Part shown: in pieces, positions 10,066 through 20,189 of the stretch
Position numbering within the stretch: the stretch's first letter is position 1
Layout: each line of letters begins with the position of its first letter
NCBI GenBank assembly: GCA_048937405.1
Contig: JBHLNF010000001.1
Coordinates: 944,785-1,008,784, forward strand
From: Promethearchaeota archaeon
GTDB taxonomy: Archaea; Asgardarchaeota; Lokiarchaeia; Sigyniarchaeales; SOKP01
Direction of reading: 5' to 3'
Length of the DNA stretch: 64,000 bases
Notes under the pieces: generated by a model
Told to the model about the DNA's origin: nothing
Database searches by the model: none
Seen by the model: the letters and a program-made list of their open reading frames with translations, nothing else
Program-made: the position numbers and the translations under genes

Positions 10066-10722
10066 TTAAACTATATCATTTTTCTTTTCTTCTTGGTTTA
10101 ATTCTATAGATTTCTTTACATAATTTTGAAACAATTCTTTAAAATCTGTTATAGAGTTAACCATTTCTTTAAAAAATTCAAGCCATTTTATTTCAACTTC
10201 ACAATGAAGTCTCCAATGTTTTAACGGTAAAATATTAAATGGATTATATTTATATGAAAAATGCGAAGTCACTATATTCTCACCTTCTTCAGCGTGTTTT
10301 AACGACTCCTTAAGTATAACAATTTTTTTATCTATAGATTCAAAAAAGAATTCTCTTTCAATATTTGATCCAAAAAGGGTAATAAAAGGCATTGTCGCGT
10401 CAATATCAAAATAAAAATCTTGGATCTCTACTATAAAATGCTTCATTTGTTCAAAAAATTCCTTTCTTCCTTTGCTTGTTAATCTAAAAATCGTTTTTTC
10501 AGGACGGTTGCCTTCTTGCCAAGTACCACTTTCCCGAATGAAACCTTCCTCTTGAAGTTGTTTTAATGTATAATAAAACGATGCATTTGTTGCATTAATA
10601 TAGTGATCATAATACCATTCATTTGCTATAGAAATGAGTTCATACCCGCTCATAGGTTTGGGAATTTGATTCATAACACCTAAAATGAATGCTTTTAATG
10701 GTGTAAACCTTTTTTTTGGCAT
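10066..10722 (-). CDS. PadR-family transcriptional regulator
   Basis: PMSGYEL, FYYTLKQL..EGFI, RPEKTIFRLTSKGR. Confidence 0.9.
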   Translation of the reverse strand: MPKKRFTPLKAFILGVMNQIPKPMSGYELISIANEWYYDHYINATNASFYYTLKQLQEEGFIRESGTWQEGNRPEKTIFRLTSKGRKEFFEQMKHFIVEIQDFYFDIDATMPFITLFGSNIEREFFFESIDKKIVILKESLKHAEEGENIVTSHFSYKYNPFNILPLKHWRLHCEVEIKWLEFFKEMVNSITDFKELFQNYVKKSIELNQEEKKNDIV

Positions 10723-10770
10723 AATTTCTTTTCAATTCTTAAATTTGAATTACATTTTTCAATATTAAAA

Positions 10771-10820
10771 TTATAGTTAAGTTTAAATGATTAAGCTTAA
10801 ATATTCAAACTTAATTATAT
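10771..10820. promoter_or_regulatory. 50-bp imperfect palindrome, candidate PadR operator
   Basis: ttatagttaagtttaaat / attcaaacttaattatat arms around a perfect ttaagcttaa centre, between divergent padR and methyltransferase genes. Confidence 0.5.
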
Positions 10821-10863
10821 CTAGTAACTTCAAATATTTAAAACTTTAGGTGGTGATTGAAAA

Positions 10864-11388
10864 ATGTTAGAAAAAAAAGTAATTTTAACTAAAAATAATT
10901 ATAAATTTAGTATTGGAGATATCATTCTTACAACAATATTCTCAATTGCTTTTATAATTCAAATTATTTTGATGTTTATTATCTACAATGAGTTAGGTCT
11001 TACATACTTAGTGTATATCGGATATATAATTTGGCCATTTAGCATCTATTTTGCATTAATTCCTTTTATATCTTTCAGGAAAAGAGGTGGTGTTAAGAAG
11101 GGTAAAAGCTATGTTAATACCACGAAATTAGTAAAGGAGGGACCATATGCAATAATTCGCCATCCTCAATATTTAGGAGGAGTATTATTTTCTATTTGTA
11201 TTACTCTATGGAGTCAGGTATGGTTAAGTCTAATTCTTAGTATTATTATAATATTTTTAACCTATCAATGGACTTATTCCGAGGATAAAAAACTTATAGA
11301 AAAATTCGGTGAAGAATATAAAATTTATAGAGAAAAAGTACCTCGCCTCAATCCAATATTAGGGATAATTAAATATTTTTCTCAATAA
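10864..11388 (+). CDS. Isoprenylcysteine carboxylmethyltransferase / PEMT-family membrane methyltransferase
   Basis: LVKEGPYAIIRHPQYLG, ED..L..KFGEEY..Y...VPR. Confidence 0.9.
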   Translation: MLEKKVILTKNNYKFSIGDIILTTIFSIAFIIQIILMFIIYNELGLTYLVYIGYIIWPFSIYFALIPFISFRKRGGVKKGKSYVNTTKLVKEGPYAIIRHPQYLGGVLFSICITLWSQVWLSLILSIIIIFLTYQWTYSEDKKLIEKFGEEYKIYREKVPRLNPILGIIKYFSQ

Positions 11389-11406
11389 AAGCAGAGCTGG
11401 TGCAAT

Positions 11407-11931
11407 GTGTTTGACTTTATATTTTTAATAATTTGGATCGCCTTGATGATATATTTTATGCGTTGGCTTATTTGGGCTATTAAAGGGAAAAGTAAATATG
11501 AAGCTGCTATGTGTTTAGCAATGACACTATATTTTAATAGCATAATGTTAAATTTCTATTTTAAACAGTTTTATGATAATATATTTTTATTTATTTTCGG
11601 AATGACTCTGTGTGGCTTCGGAATATTCATTTTCATAAGTCAACTCTTAATTATGAAAAAGTTTGGTCAAAGTGAGCACTGGGAGGATACAAAAGTCCTT
11701 ATCATAAATGGATGGTTTAAATATATGCGTCATCCTATGTATTTTGGTTTAGCTATAGCAGATATTGGAATTATATTGGGAATGCCCACCCTTTTATCTG
11801 TAATTCTTGCTCCAATGTCAATATTATTTTGTTTATTAAGTTCAATTTGGGAAGATCAGATGAATTTGGAAAAATTTGGTAATGAATACGATAAATATAA
11901 GAAAAAAGTGAAATTATGGGGAATTATATAG
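11407..11931 (+). CDS. Second ICMT/PEMT-family membrane methyltransferase
   Basis: LIINGWFKYMRHPMYFG, ED...KFGNEY..YKKKV. Confidence 0.88.
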   Translation: MFDFIFLIIWIALMIYFMRWLIWAIKGKSKYEAAMCLAMTLYFNSIMLNFYFKQFYDNIFLFIFGMTLCGFGIFIFISQLLIMKKFGQSEHWEDTKVLIINGWFKYMRHPMYFGLAIADIGIILGMPTLLSVILAPMSILFCLLSSIWEDQMNLEKFGNEYDKYKKKVKLWGII

Positions 11932-12264
11932 GCAATAAAAATGAGTATATTAATCAAGAATGAGATCATTTGCTATTATTACCTTATAAAATTGATTGCT
12001 TTTGATAAGTTAGTAAATTCCCATCGATTTACCTTTTATTTCTCTTATATATTAGAAAATTCTTACTCTCTGGTATTTTAATTATTATGATATGGCCTAA
12101 TATTATATATTTACAAGCCTCAATGAAATACGAATGAAAAGGAGAGATCCCTGCCCACTTCCGCTCAATGTTATCCCTTCGGATTATCATAGTTAGGGGG
12201 GTAAATAATGATACTCGTATCGAGAGAAGCGATGGGAGTAAATAAGAAAATAAGAGAATTAAAT

Positions 12265-12325
12265 GGAAAACGTATTCCCAAAAACCAGAGGTGGATGGGA
12301 TAGAGGCTATTGGACTGTAGCCATA
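12265..12325 (+). mobile_element. Orphan remnant resembling the 3' end of a tnpB gene
   Basis: gtattcccaaaa...gatgggatagagg plus hairpin ggctat-tggact-gtagcc parallels the tnpB tail at about 31596-31648 (gcattcccaaat...gatgggatacagg plus hairpin gggttt-ggtgtt-aaaccc). Confidence 0.5.
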
Positions 12326-12405
12326 AATAACATAGATAATATTATTATTTGAAATAAAATGAGTTAAATTTTATTCATTTTAATGGTCTAACCTCTAAAT
12401 TTCCT

Positions 12406-13035
12406 TTATTTTTTTAAGTGTTCCTGTATTATCTGATTTAATTTGTCCAGATTTATTTTCTTTAAAGCAGAAAATTCTAAATATGGGCTTTTTTTTTCAT
12501 CTCCAATTCTATGATTCTTAAGAGAAACAGGGTTCAATCCAAATTCCTTGGCGGAATCAATAAATAGATTAATAATTTTATTTTTATCATAATTAGATAA
12601 TTTATCAATTTTGTTTATGATTATTAAGAGAGGAATCTGAAACTCTCTAAGAAAGCTAATTAATTCAAAGCTTAATGGAATAGTTTTTTTATTTTGAATG
12701 TAATATTTATTAATTTCATCCTCAATTCTTAGAATGTTTATAACTACTAAGCCAAAAAAATAGTCTTCATAATGCTTTTCTAAATGAACTACTATTTGTT
12801 TTTTAATATGTTCTCCTCTTCTCCGGCTTGAGTTACCAACGTACCCAAATCCTGGAAGGTCAACTATTTGATATGGTAAATTATTTTGACTTATCTGTTT
12901 TATCAATAATGTACTACCAGGGCTTTTCCCAATTTTACCTTTAAAATTTCTAGGATTTGGCATCAACAATCTAGTTATTGAGCTCTTTCCTACATTAGAA
13001 TTTCCAATAACTAAAAGTGTAGGTTTTGGGTTCAT
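12406..13035 (-). CDS. engB: EngB/YihA-family GTP-binding protein
   Basis: GNSNVGKSS, PGST, DLPGFGY, NKID, SA. Confidence 0.85.
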   Translation of the reverse strand: MNPKPTLLVIGNSNVGKSSITRLLMPNPRNFKGKIGKSPGSTLLIKQISQNNLPYQIVDLPGFGYVGNSSRRRGEHIKKQIVVHLEKHYEDYFFGLVVINILRIEDEINKYYIQNKKTIPLSFELISFLREFQIPLLIIINKIDKLSNYDKNKIINLFIDSAKEFGLNPVSLKNHRIGDEKKSPYLEFSALKKINLDKLNQIIQEHLKK

Positions 13036-13059
13036 TTTTTCAATTAATAAAATTTAAGC

Positions 13060-13950
13060 TTATATATCAAGAAAGTCCTCATCAAGAAAATCCTTGAACA
13101 TTTTTTTTTTCTCTTCTTCTTTTATTACAGGTCTAGTGCTGATAGGTTCCCCCGCTTCTTCTAAAAGGGTTTTCAAGATTTCTACATTAATACTTACTTT
13201 AAATTTTCCATCTCTCATAAATCGTACAATTTGTTTATTGTTTAAACTCAATCTTAAGATATAACCAAGACCAAAATAAAATTGATGTTCTGGGATAGGA
13301 TCTATAGCACTTTTACTTGTTATTTCTTTTAATACTTCAAATAATAACTGTTTTGAAGCAATATGATCTTCTACATTAAAAACTAAATAATATAGAGAAT
13401 GATACCAAATCTTATCACGCTTGGTTTTTATGTATTCTAAAAATTTCTCTGGCGTTATAACTTCTTTTGCTTCAACCTCCTTCCTTTTTAAGATCTCCTG
13501 TTTAATTCTTTCTTCCAGTTCTTTTGAAACACTTTGAGTTGTTTCAATTTTTCCTATTTCTCCTGATTCGAGCTCAATTTCATCATGTTTTACAGTTTCA
13601 ATAGCTTCTTGCATTTCCCTTAATTCATCAAAATCAATTTCATCCATATCGGAGAAATCTGAAATCATAGCTTCTTTAAATTCTTGCTCTTCTTTAATTT
13701 CCTCAATTATTTCTGTTTCTTCAGAGATATCTTCACTGGTTTTTTCAAATTCTGATAAGTCTTCACCTTCTTTGACTTTATCAATTGCATCTTGTATCTC
13801 TTGAAGTTCTTCCACGTCTAAATCTTCTAAATCAGAAAAATCAGTTTCAAGCACTTTTATATCTCTGAGATAGTTTTCTAAATCATCCTCTTCGCCTTCA
13901 AATTCTTCAATATCTTGCTTTTCATTTCCTTTTTCTTGGTTTTCGTTCAT
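13060..13950 (-). CDS. Hypothetical protein with very acidic N-terminus and internal repeat
   Basis: 296 aa ORF, D/E-rich N-half. Confidence 0.8.
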   Translation of the reverse strand: MNENQEKGNEKQDIEEFEGEEDDLENYLRDIKVLETDFSDLEDLDVEELQEIQDAIDKVKEGEDLSEFEKTSEDISEETEIIEEIKEEQEFKEAMISDFSDMDEIDFDELREMQEAIETVKHDEIELESGEIGKIETTQSVSKELEERIKQEILKRKEVEAKEVITPEKFLEYIKTKRDKIWYHSLYYLVFNVEDHIASKQLLFEVLKEITSKSAIDPIPEHQFYFGLGYILRLSLNNKQIVRFMRDGKFKVSINVEILKTLLEEAGEPISTRPVIKEEEKKKMFKDFLDEDFLDI

Positions 13951-14053
13951 TGTGAGTTTTAAAAAGTTAATAATTACAATTTTTGATAATAATATAATTA
14001 AAATATTAATATCCGTATAATTAAAATTGTTCTAAATATTAATAGACTTTAGT

Positions 14054-14764
14054 ATGGAAAAAATTAACTTAGATAATTATAAGGGAATTATCTTCGATAT
14101 GGATGGGGTAATTTTTAATATCTCTGATGCAATTAAGAAGGCAGTCGATGATTCAGTGAATAAATATCAAATAAGTATCAATAAGGACGAAGTAATGGAA
14201 GAGATTGCCCATCTTATTGAAGAAATACAAAACTATCCTGTACCTAAAATTGTTCTAAATTCCTATGACCTATTAAAAGTAAATTTCTTAGAAGGATTGA
14301 GCTATTTCAAGAAATTAAGAATTGCAATTTTTATGTTTAATCAATTTAATAAGTATAAAGATGCAGAATCCTCTATTTATGAAGGGATAGACACATTAAT
14401 TTCAAAATTAGCAAAAAGTAAAAAATTAGCGATATTGACAAATAACAAAAGTGAATATGCTGAAGAAATTTTAGCAAAATTTGATCTTTCGGATTTTTTC
14501 AATACAATAATAGGTTTTAATGATGTATCAGAAGTAAAACCTAGCCCTGAGGGAATTCTTAAAATTGTTAACAAATGGAAATTAAAACCTAAAGAAGTAA
14601 TATTCATTGGAGATATGACAACTGATATCGACGCGGGTAAGGCAGCAGATGTCACAATGATTTGTGTCGAAAGTGGACTTGCTCAAGAACAAACTTTAAA
14701 AGAGCATCAGCCAGATATATTAGTAAATAATACAGATCAATTAATTAAGCTCTTTCCTCTTTAA
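14054..14764 (+). CDS. HAD-superfamily phosphatase (Gph-like)
   Basis: FDMDG, LTN, KPSP, IGDMTTDIDAGKAA. Confidence 0.9.
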   Translation: MEKINLDNYKGIIFDMDGVIFNISDAIKKAVDDSVNKYQISINKDEVMEEIAHLIEEIQNYPVPKIVLNSYDLLKVNFLEGLSYFKKLRIAIFMFNQFNKYKDAESSIYEGIDTLISKLAKSKKLAILTNNKSEYAEEILAKFDLSDFFNTIIGFNDVSEVKPSPEGILKIVNKWKLKPKEVIFIGDMTTDIDAGKAADVTMICVESGLAQEQTLKEHQPDILVNNTDQLIKLFPL

Positions 14765-15019
14765 TTAAAAATGTTAATATGTATTAAAATAGAAGATATT
14801 TTAGTAAGTGTTTTGCAATTATATTCAATGAAAAATTGAGTTTATGTTTAATGTAAATCCATTAATAACATTTATTAAGAATGTTAATAGATTATATTAA
14901 ATAAAGAAAATCACAGTATACAAAGATTTTTAAAACAATTAAATAATATCATAAAAGTTACATAAATAATAATAAAAACTTTCTCGCTATATTAGTATTA
15001 AAGAATAATCGATGATTCT

Positions 15020-16258
15020 ATGTCTTCAGACATTTCTAGTTTTATAAAAGTTATTTCAAAATTTTTAAATTTAAAGTCAACAAAAATCGATAAATTACAA
15101 AAGATTGATGACGTCTTAAAATTAAATATCAGCTCCTATAAATTTATTGATAAAGAAGAGGCAACTATAATTAAACAATTGTTAGAAGTTTCTACGATTT
15201 TAGATGCTTCCAAATTAGATAAAGAAAATCCATTTGAGGTGCTAACTGAGATTGAGGAAACTGACGATTCCATCGAATTAACTACTAATTTAGAATTGAA
15301 GATCGAGGAACTTAAAGCAAAATATCCAACACTTGAGGAGAAATTAAAAAAAACAGCTACAATTAGCTCACTTATCGCAAGTGTTAAAGAAGATAAAGAA
15401 GGAATTGACATGGAAGCCCAAAAAGTACTTGTGGCAGGTCTCGATAATGCAGGTAAAACAGCTACTTTATCAAAATTTGGAGGGCGTTTAGGAATAAGTG
15501 ATATGATTGCTACTCACCCTACTAAAGGAGTAGTTCGTATGAAATTTGGTACCTCTAGCCTCTCACTCTTTATATGGGATCTTGGAGGACAACAAGAATA
15601 CAGAGAAAGGTATTTAGATAATCCAGAACAATACTTTCTACAACTTGATTTGTTAATTTATGTAATTGATGTTCAAGATCCAGAAAGATTTGAAGAGTCT
15701 CTGGAATATTTTGAAAAAATTATCGATGAAATTATTTTATTAGAGGAGAATCCATATATCATAATTTTTATTCATAAGTATGATCCTGACTTAAAAAGTG
15801 ACCCAAAAATTCTCTTAAATATTGAACTGTTAAAAGACAATCTAAATGAATTATTAAAAAGCAAAAAATATGATTTTAATGTTGAAATATATTTAACTTC
15901 AATATACTCATTAATCTCTCGAGAACCTCAATTTGCTAAGTATATAAAAAACCTTATGAGTGCTAATCATTCACTTGCAGATCCCACTGTAAGGAAAGTT
16001 GATGGTCTAGGAAAAACACTTGAAGAAACTTTAAATGCTGTCATAAGATTATCTGAAAGTATTTCATCACAACTCAATGATCTTGATAATCGCCTTAGAG
16101 CGATAGAATCGGGAGCATTTCAAGTCGCCCAAAGTGGAATTCCTATTGAGATCGCAAATCCTAACCAAATGGGTGTAAGACCCCAAGAAAATACGCGATT
16201 ACGAGTTTTAAATGAGTTGAAAGACTTATTTAGCAAAAGAAGAAGTTTAGATCTATAA
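15020..16258 (+). CDS. Arf/Rag-like small GTPase with N-terminal extension and C-terminal coiled coil
   Basis: GLDNAGKT, PT, WDLGGQ, HKYD, TSI. Confidence 0.88.
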   Translation: MSSDISSFIKVISKFLNLKSTKIDKLQKIDDVLKLNISSYKFIDKEEATIIKQLLEVSTILDASKLDKENPFEVLTEIEETDDSIELTTNLELKIEELKAKYPTLEEKLKKTATISSLIASVKEDKEGIDMEAQKVLVAGLDNAGKTATLSKFGGRLGISDMIATHPTKGVVRMKFGTSSLSLFIWDLGGQQEYRERYLDNPEQYFLQLDLLIYVIDVQDPERFEESLEYFEKIIDEIILLEENPYIIIFIHKYDPDLKSDPKILLNIELLKDNLNELLKSKKYDFNVEIYLTSIYSLISREPQFAKYIKNLMSANHSLADPTVRKVDGLGKTLEETLNAVIRLSESISSQLNDLDNRLRAIESGAFQVAQSGIPIEIANPNQMGVRPQENTRLRVLNELKDLFSKRRSLDL

Positions 16259-16262
16259 TTAA

Positions 16263-16997
16263 TTATTTCTTGTTCTTTCTAATATATGCCTCAATTGTTT
16301 TTTTAATCGCAAGTAAGAAGATAATAAAAAATACACTTATTGAAAGTAATAGATATCCTAAACTATCAATTAATAAAGGATTGATTTGCCGATAATGAAT
16401 TTCTTCAGCCGAGAATGTCTCTAGATAAGTAAATAAAAGATATACAATTGGACCCATCAAATATCCAGAAAAAAAAAAACCTATGATTCCAAATATACCT
16501 CCAAAAATAACATCCGTAGGGTAATGAACTCCAAGCTGTATTCTTGAAAATGATACTATAATAGCAAAAATTATAATGATAAGTGTTATCAATGGTGAAT
16601 TTAAAAATAATACTCCAATCAATAATCCATGAGCTACAATATTATAAGCATGCCACGATGGAAAACTCTTTGAAGTTGGCGTTCGTTCGAAAGTAATAAT
16701 TTTACCTTCTTTTAGACTCTCATATGGTCTTTTTCTTTTTACTACTTGTTTAATTACTGTTATTGATATTGAACCTGTAAGAAATGTGGCGGAGATATAA
16801 GAAAAGAGATAGGGATCATACCAAATTAATAAATAAAACGCCATTAGGCTTAACCAAATAGTTTCTCTCCCAAAAAAAGAACATAATTTTAAAATAAATA
16901 TGATGGAGTTTCCCCCTACTCCATTATATTTCAAAATAATTTTATGATCCCAATCATCAATTTTATTCAAGTATTCTGGTATTTTCATCGCAATCAA
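16263..16997 (-). CDS. PAP2-family membrane phosphatase
   Basis: KQVVKRKRP, SFPSWH, SRIQLGVHYPTDV. Confidence 0.9.
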   Translation of the reverse strand: MIAMKIPEYLNKIDDWDHKIILKYNGVGGNSIIFILKLCSFFGRETIWLSLMAFYLLIWYDPYLFSYISATFLTGSISITVIKQVVKRKRPYESLKEGKIITFERTPTSKSFPSWHAYNIVAHGLLIGVLFLNSPLITLIIIIFAIIVSFSRIQLGVHYPTDVIFGGIFGIIGFFFSGYLMGPIVYLLFTYLETFSAEEIHYRQINPLLIDSLGYLLLSISVFFIIFLLAIKKTIEAYIRKNKK

Positions 16998-17012
16998 AAA
17001 ATAACATTGATT

Positions 17013-17807
17013 TTAAATAGTAGATAAATATGAATACATCTCCAAAACTTTTGGGATCTTATCTTCAAAATATTGTAAAGAATGTGAATCTGATCCTACA
17101 AAAAAACTAGCGCCCTCATTCTTTAATCTTCTTACAACATCCAGAGAAGGAAAAGGTCTCTTTATAGGAAATTTTGATCCTGATATATTAACCTCTATTT
17201 TGATATTATTCTTTATACATAAACGCCCTAATTCTATTACACGTTCATCAGAAACATTACAATCATCTTCTGGTTTAAATTCGTTATTATTTATATATCG
17301 AAAAATTGTATCTATATGACATATGTTCTTAAAAATTTTAGAATTTATCATCTTTCTGCTAACTTCGAAATAGTCATCAATAATTTTTTTCATTGGCATT
17401 TTCTCTAGTAAGCTTGATAACCTTTCTTTACTTGTAATTGGATATCCTTTAATCCACTCATGAATAGTTCCTCCAATAAAATCCAATTCTTTTTCATAAT
17501 CATCCATAAACTCCATTAATTTAATTTCTCTGTCCTCATAATAATCTACTTCTAATCCACTTAAAATAAAATCGTATGTCTCTTTTAACTTATCAATTTC
17601 TTCAAGATAATCATCAACACTCCCTTTGCGAAATGGATTGTTTTTATCTTTTTCTATATAATAAAATTCAAAATGATTAAGAAAACAGACATTAATTTGA
17701 TGTTTTTCAGCAACTAGAATGTAATCTTCAAAAGTAGGACCATCATCGGTAACATCCTCACTCCAACCCTTCGAGTGAACATGATAATCAGTATATTTAA
17801 ACTTCAT
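17013..17807 (-). CDS. PHP-family histidinol-phosphatase-like protein (start moved to ATG 17807)
   Basis: DYHVH, GLEVD, CHID, EVN, GSDSH; the longer track start overlaps the upstream gene. Confidence 0.85.
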   Translation of the reverse strand: MKFKYTDYHVHSKGWSEDVTDDGPTFEDYILVAEKHQINVCFLNHFEFYYIEKDKNNPFRKGSVDDYLEEIDKLKETYDFILSGLEVDYYEDREIKLMEFMDDYEKELDFIGGTIHEWIKGYPITSKERLSSLLEKMPMKKIIDDYFEVSRKMINSKIFKNICHIDTIFRYINNNEFKPEDDCNVSDERVIELGRLCIKNNIKIEVNISGSKFPIKRPFPSLDVVRRLKNEGASFFVGSDSHSLQYFEDKIPKVLEMYSYLSTI

Positions 17808-17856
17808 AAATAAACAAGATGAATAATTTAGGAAAAGAAATAAAAATTTAGATATG

Positions 17857-19764
17857 CTAATTAATTGAATCTTGTTTATCAAAAAATACACGATAAAATA
17901 ACTCTCTTTCTCCCTCTTCTGGAGGAGTTATCTTGGTATATCCCCCCTTGTGAATAACACGAATTGTACCTTTGTTTTGAATATGGATATTCCCATAAAA
18001 TCCTTTAATCCCTTTTTCTTTAGCAATAATAATTAAGTGCTGGTAGAGAAAGGTTCCAATTCCTTTCTTCCTATAATCCTCCCTAACCACGAAACTATAT
18101 TCTGCCATGTTCGTTTTAGGATTTAAATAATATGTTGCACTTCCAATCATTTCCTCATTATCAATTTCCCCTATAAATGCTCCTAGTGAGAAGACATTAT
18201 CATAATCAATGTTTACTTCACTTTGAGTTTTTGAGTGAGTGAATTCTTTTCGAAGCTCAAAAAAACGTAAATATCTATCTCTTTCATTTAATGAGTAATA
18301 TAACTCTTTAAGTGCTTGTTCATCTGTTGTTTTTACAGGACGAATGTTAATTTTTTCATTATCCCTCGTTGTAAAAATAGTTTCATATTCGAAAGGATAT
18401 AAGCAAATTCGACCATCCTCATCACAAGGAAGCATTTGATCAGAGAATATGTAATTTAATTTTTTTGCCTCGTCTAATAGAGATTGTCGGAATTTTGGGT
18501 GAGCAATACAAATTAATTCAAGAACTCTTTCACGAATTGTTTTTCCATGAAGATAAGCAACACCCCACTCAGTTACAACATAATGAACATCTCCACGAGA
18601 TAATAATATTCCTGCACCTTCATCTAAATGAGGAACTATACGTGATTTTTCACCATCTCTAGATGTTGACGGTATAATAATTATAGGTTTTCCTCCTTTA
18701 GAAAATGCTGCACCTCTCATAAAATCTATGGTTTCTCCCAAACCTGAATAAAAGCTATAACCTTCAGTTGCTGCGTTTACTTGACCTGTTAAATCTATTT
18801 GCCTAGCAGAATTAATAGAGACCATCTTTTTATTCCTCCCAATTAATATTGGATTGCATACATAATCGGATGGATAAAATTCTATATAGGGATTATTGTC
18901 AACAAATTTATATAATTTGCTTGTTCCTAAAGCAAAACTTGTAACAATTTTTTCAGGATGAAAATTTTTTTTTCTACAAGTTAAAACACCATCTACAATA
19001 AGAGGTATTATATTATCTGTAATATAGTGAGAGTGCATACCCAGATCTTTTTTATCTGATAAATATTTTAGAACTGCATTTGGTAAATCCCCAAAACCAA
19101 CATGAATTGTTGATTTGTTCTCAATCAAATTCATAAGATTTCTCCCTATTCTTTCTGCAATTTCATCTGGTTCATCAAATTGAAATTCTAATATAGTAGT
19201 ATCATTATAAACAAAAAAATCAATTTCTTTCATGTGTATAAAACTATTTCCTAAAGTTCTGGGCATTTGAGGGTTAATTTCAGCAATAGTAATATAAGAT
19301 GATTGAGCAATTGGTTTTGCTATATCTATATTTATGCCTAAAGAACAGAATCCATTAGGATCAGGGGGTGTGACTTGGATTAATGCCACATCAACATGTT
19401 TTTTTCCAGTTAAAAAAAGTGACGGAATTTCACTAGTGAAGATTGGTGTATAATCCGCTTGACCTTTGTTAATTTCCTCACGAAGAGTTTTACCAATAAA
19501 CAAAGCATTGTGCCTAAAAAGATCCTCAGCTTTATCCTTAAAATATTTTTCTGGGCCTATTGTCAGAAAATGAAGAATTTCAGTATCAATTAATTTTTCA
19601 GACTGTTTAATCAATTCTGTTGTGAGTAATTGAGGCTCTGAGCAACCAGAATCAATAAATACCCTATTTCCCGGAATTATTTTCTTTATTGCTTCCTCAG
19701 CTGTTATTTCCTTATCCTTCCATTTTTCTCTCCAATCTTCTGTAATAATATCAGGATTCAACAT
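17857..19764 (-). CDS. Acetyl-CoA hydrolase / 4-hydroxybutyrate CoA-transferase fused to a C-terminal GNAT domain
   Basis: DVALIQVTPPD.GFCSLG, IDLTGQV, VVTEWG, ICIAHPKFR; GNAT RYLRFF...AEYSFVVREDYRKKGIGT. Confidence 0.88.
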   Translation of the reverse strand: MLNPDIITEDWREKWKDKEITAEEAIKKIIPGNRVFIDSGCSEPQLLTTELIKQSEKLIDTEILHFLTIGPEKYFKDKAEDLFRHNALFIGKTLREEINKGQADYTPIFTSEIPSLFLTGKKHVDVALIQVTPPDPNGFCSLGINIDIAKPIAQSSYITIAEINPQMPRTLGNSFIHMKEIDFFVYNDTTILEFQFDEPDEIAERIGRNLMNLIENKSTIHVGFGDLPNAVLKYLSDKKDLGMHSHYITDNIIPLIVDGVLTCRKKNFHPEKIVTSFALGTSKLYKFVDNNPYIEFYPSDYVCNPILIGRNKKMVSINSARQIDLTGQVNAATEGYSFYSGLGETIDFMRGAAFSKGGKPIIIIPSTSRDGEKSRIVPHLDEGAGILLSRGDVHYVVTEWGVAYLHGKTIRERVLELICIAHPKFRQSLLDEAKKLNYIFSDQMLPCDEDGRICLYPFEYETIFTTRDNEKINIRPVKTTDEQALKELYYSLNERDRYLRFFELRKEFTHSKTQSEVNIDYDNVFSLGAFIGEIDNEEMIGSATYYLNPKTNMAEYSFVVREDYRKKGIGTFLYQHLIIIAKEKGIKGFYGNIHIQNKGTIRVIHKGGYTKITPPEEGERELFYRVFFDKQDSIN

Positions 19765-20189
19765 AGTTATACATCAAAATTTAATTTTTAATTATAAGTA
19801 CAATATCTAATCTTTTTTTTCAATTATTTCTCATCAATATAATGTTTTTGTAATTATAAATATAATTTTTAGTAGATTTAATGACTTTTTTTTTAATATA
19901 ATGATCATTAAAGACCAAATAGTTCAATTTTACATATAAAAAACAAACCTTACTGTTTCTATTATCTATTAATTGAAGAAAAATTTCTATAATTATAATT
20001 AAATTATAAGTAAAATGTTTAAATGTAATTATATATATTTCCCAATTGATTAAATTCTATCCATTTATACTAGAAAAGTTTAAATGTGATACATCAAAAA
20101 AAAAAAATCTTTAAAATTTTTAAAGAATTTACTATAATTAGATATTTTAACAATTAAAATAAATATTAAATTTGTTTAAGTGAAGAAAT

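Noticed and set aside
12140-12240. tRNA or SECIS element
   Set aside because: No T-loop GTTCRA or cloverleaf; no adjacent gene with a plausible in-frame UGA
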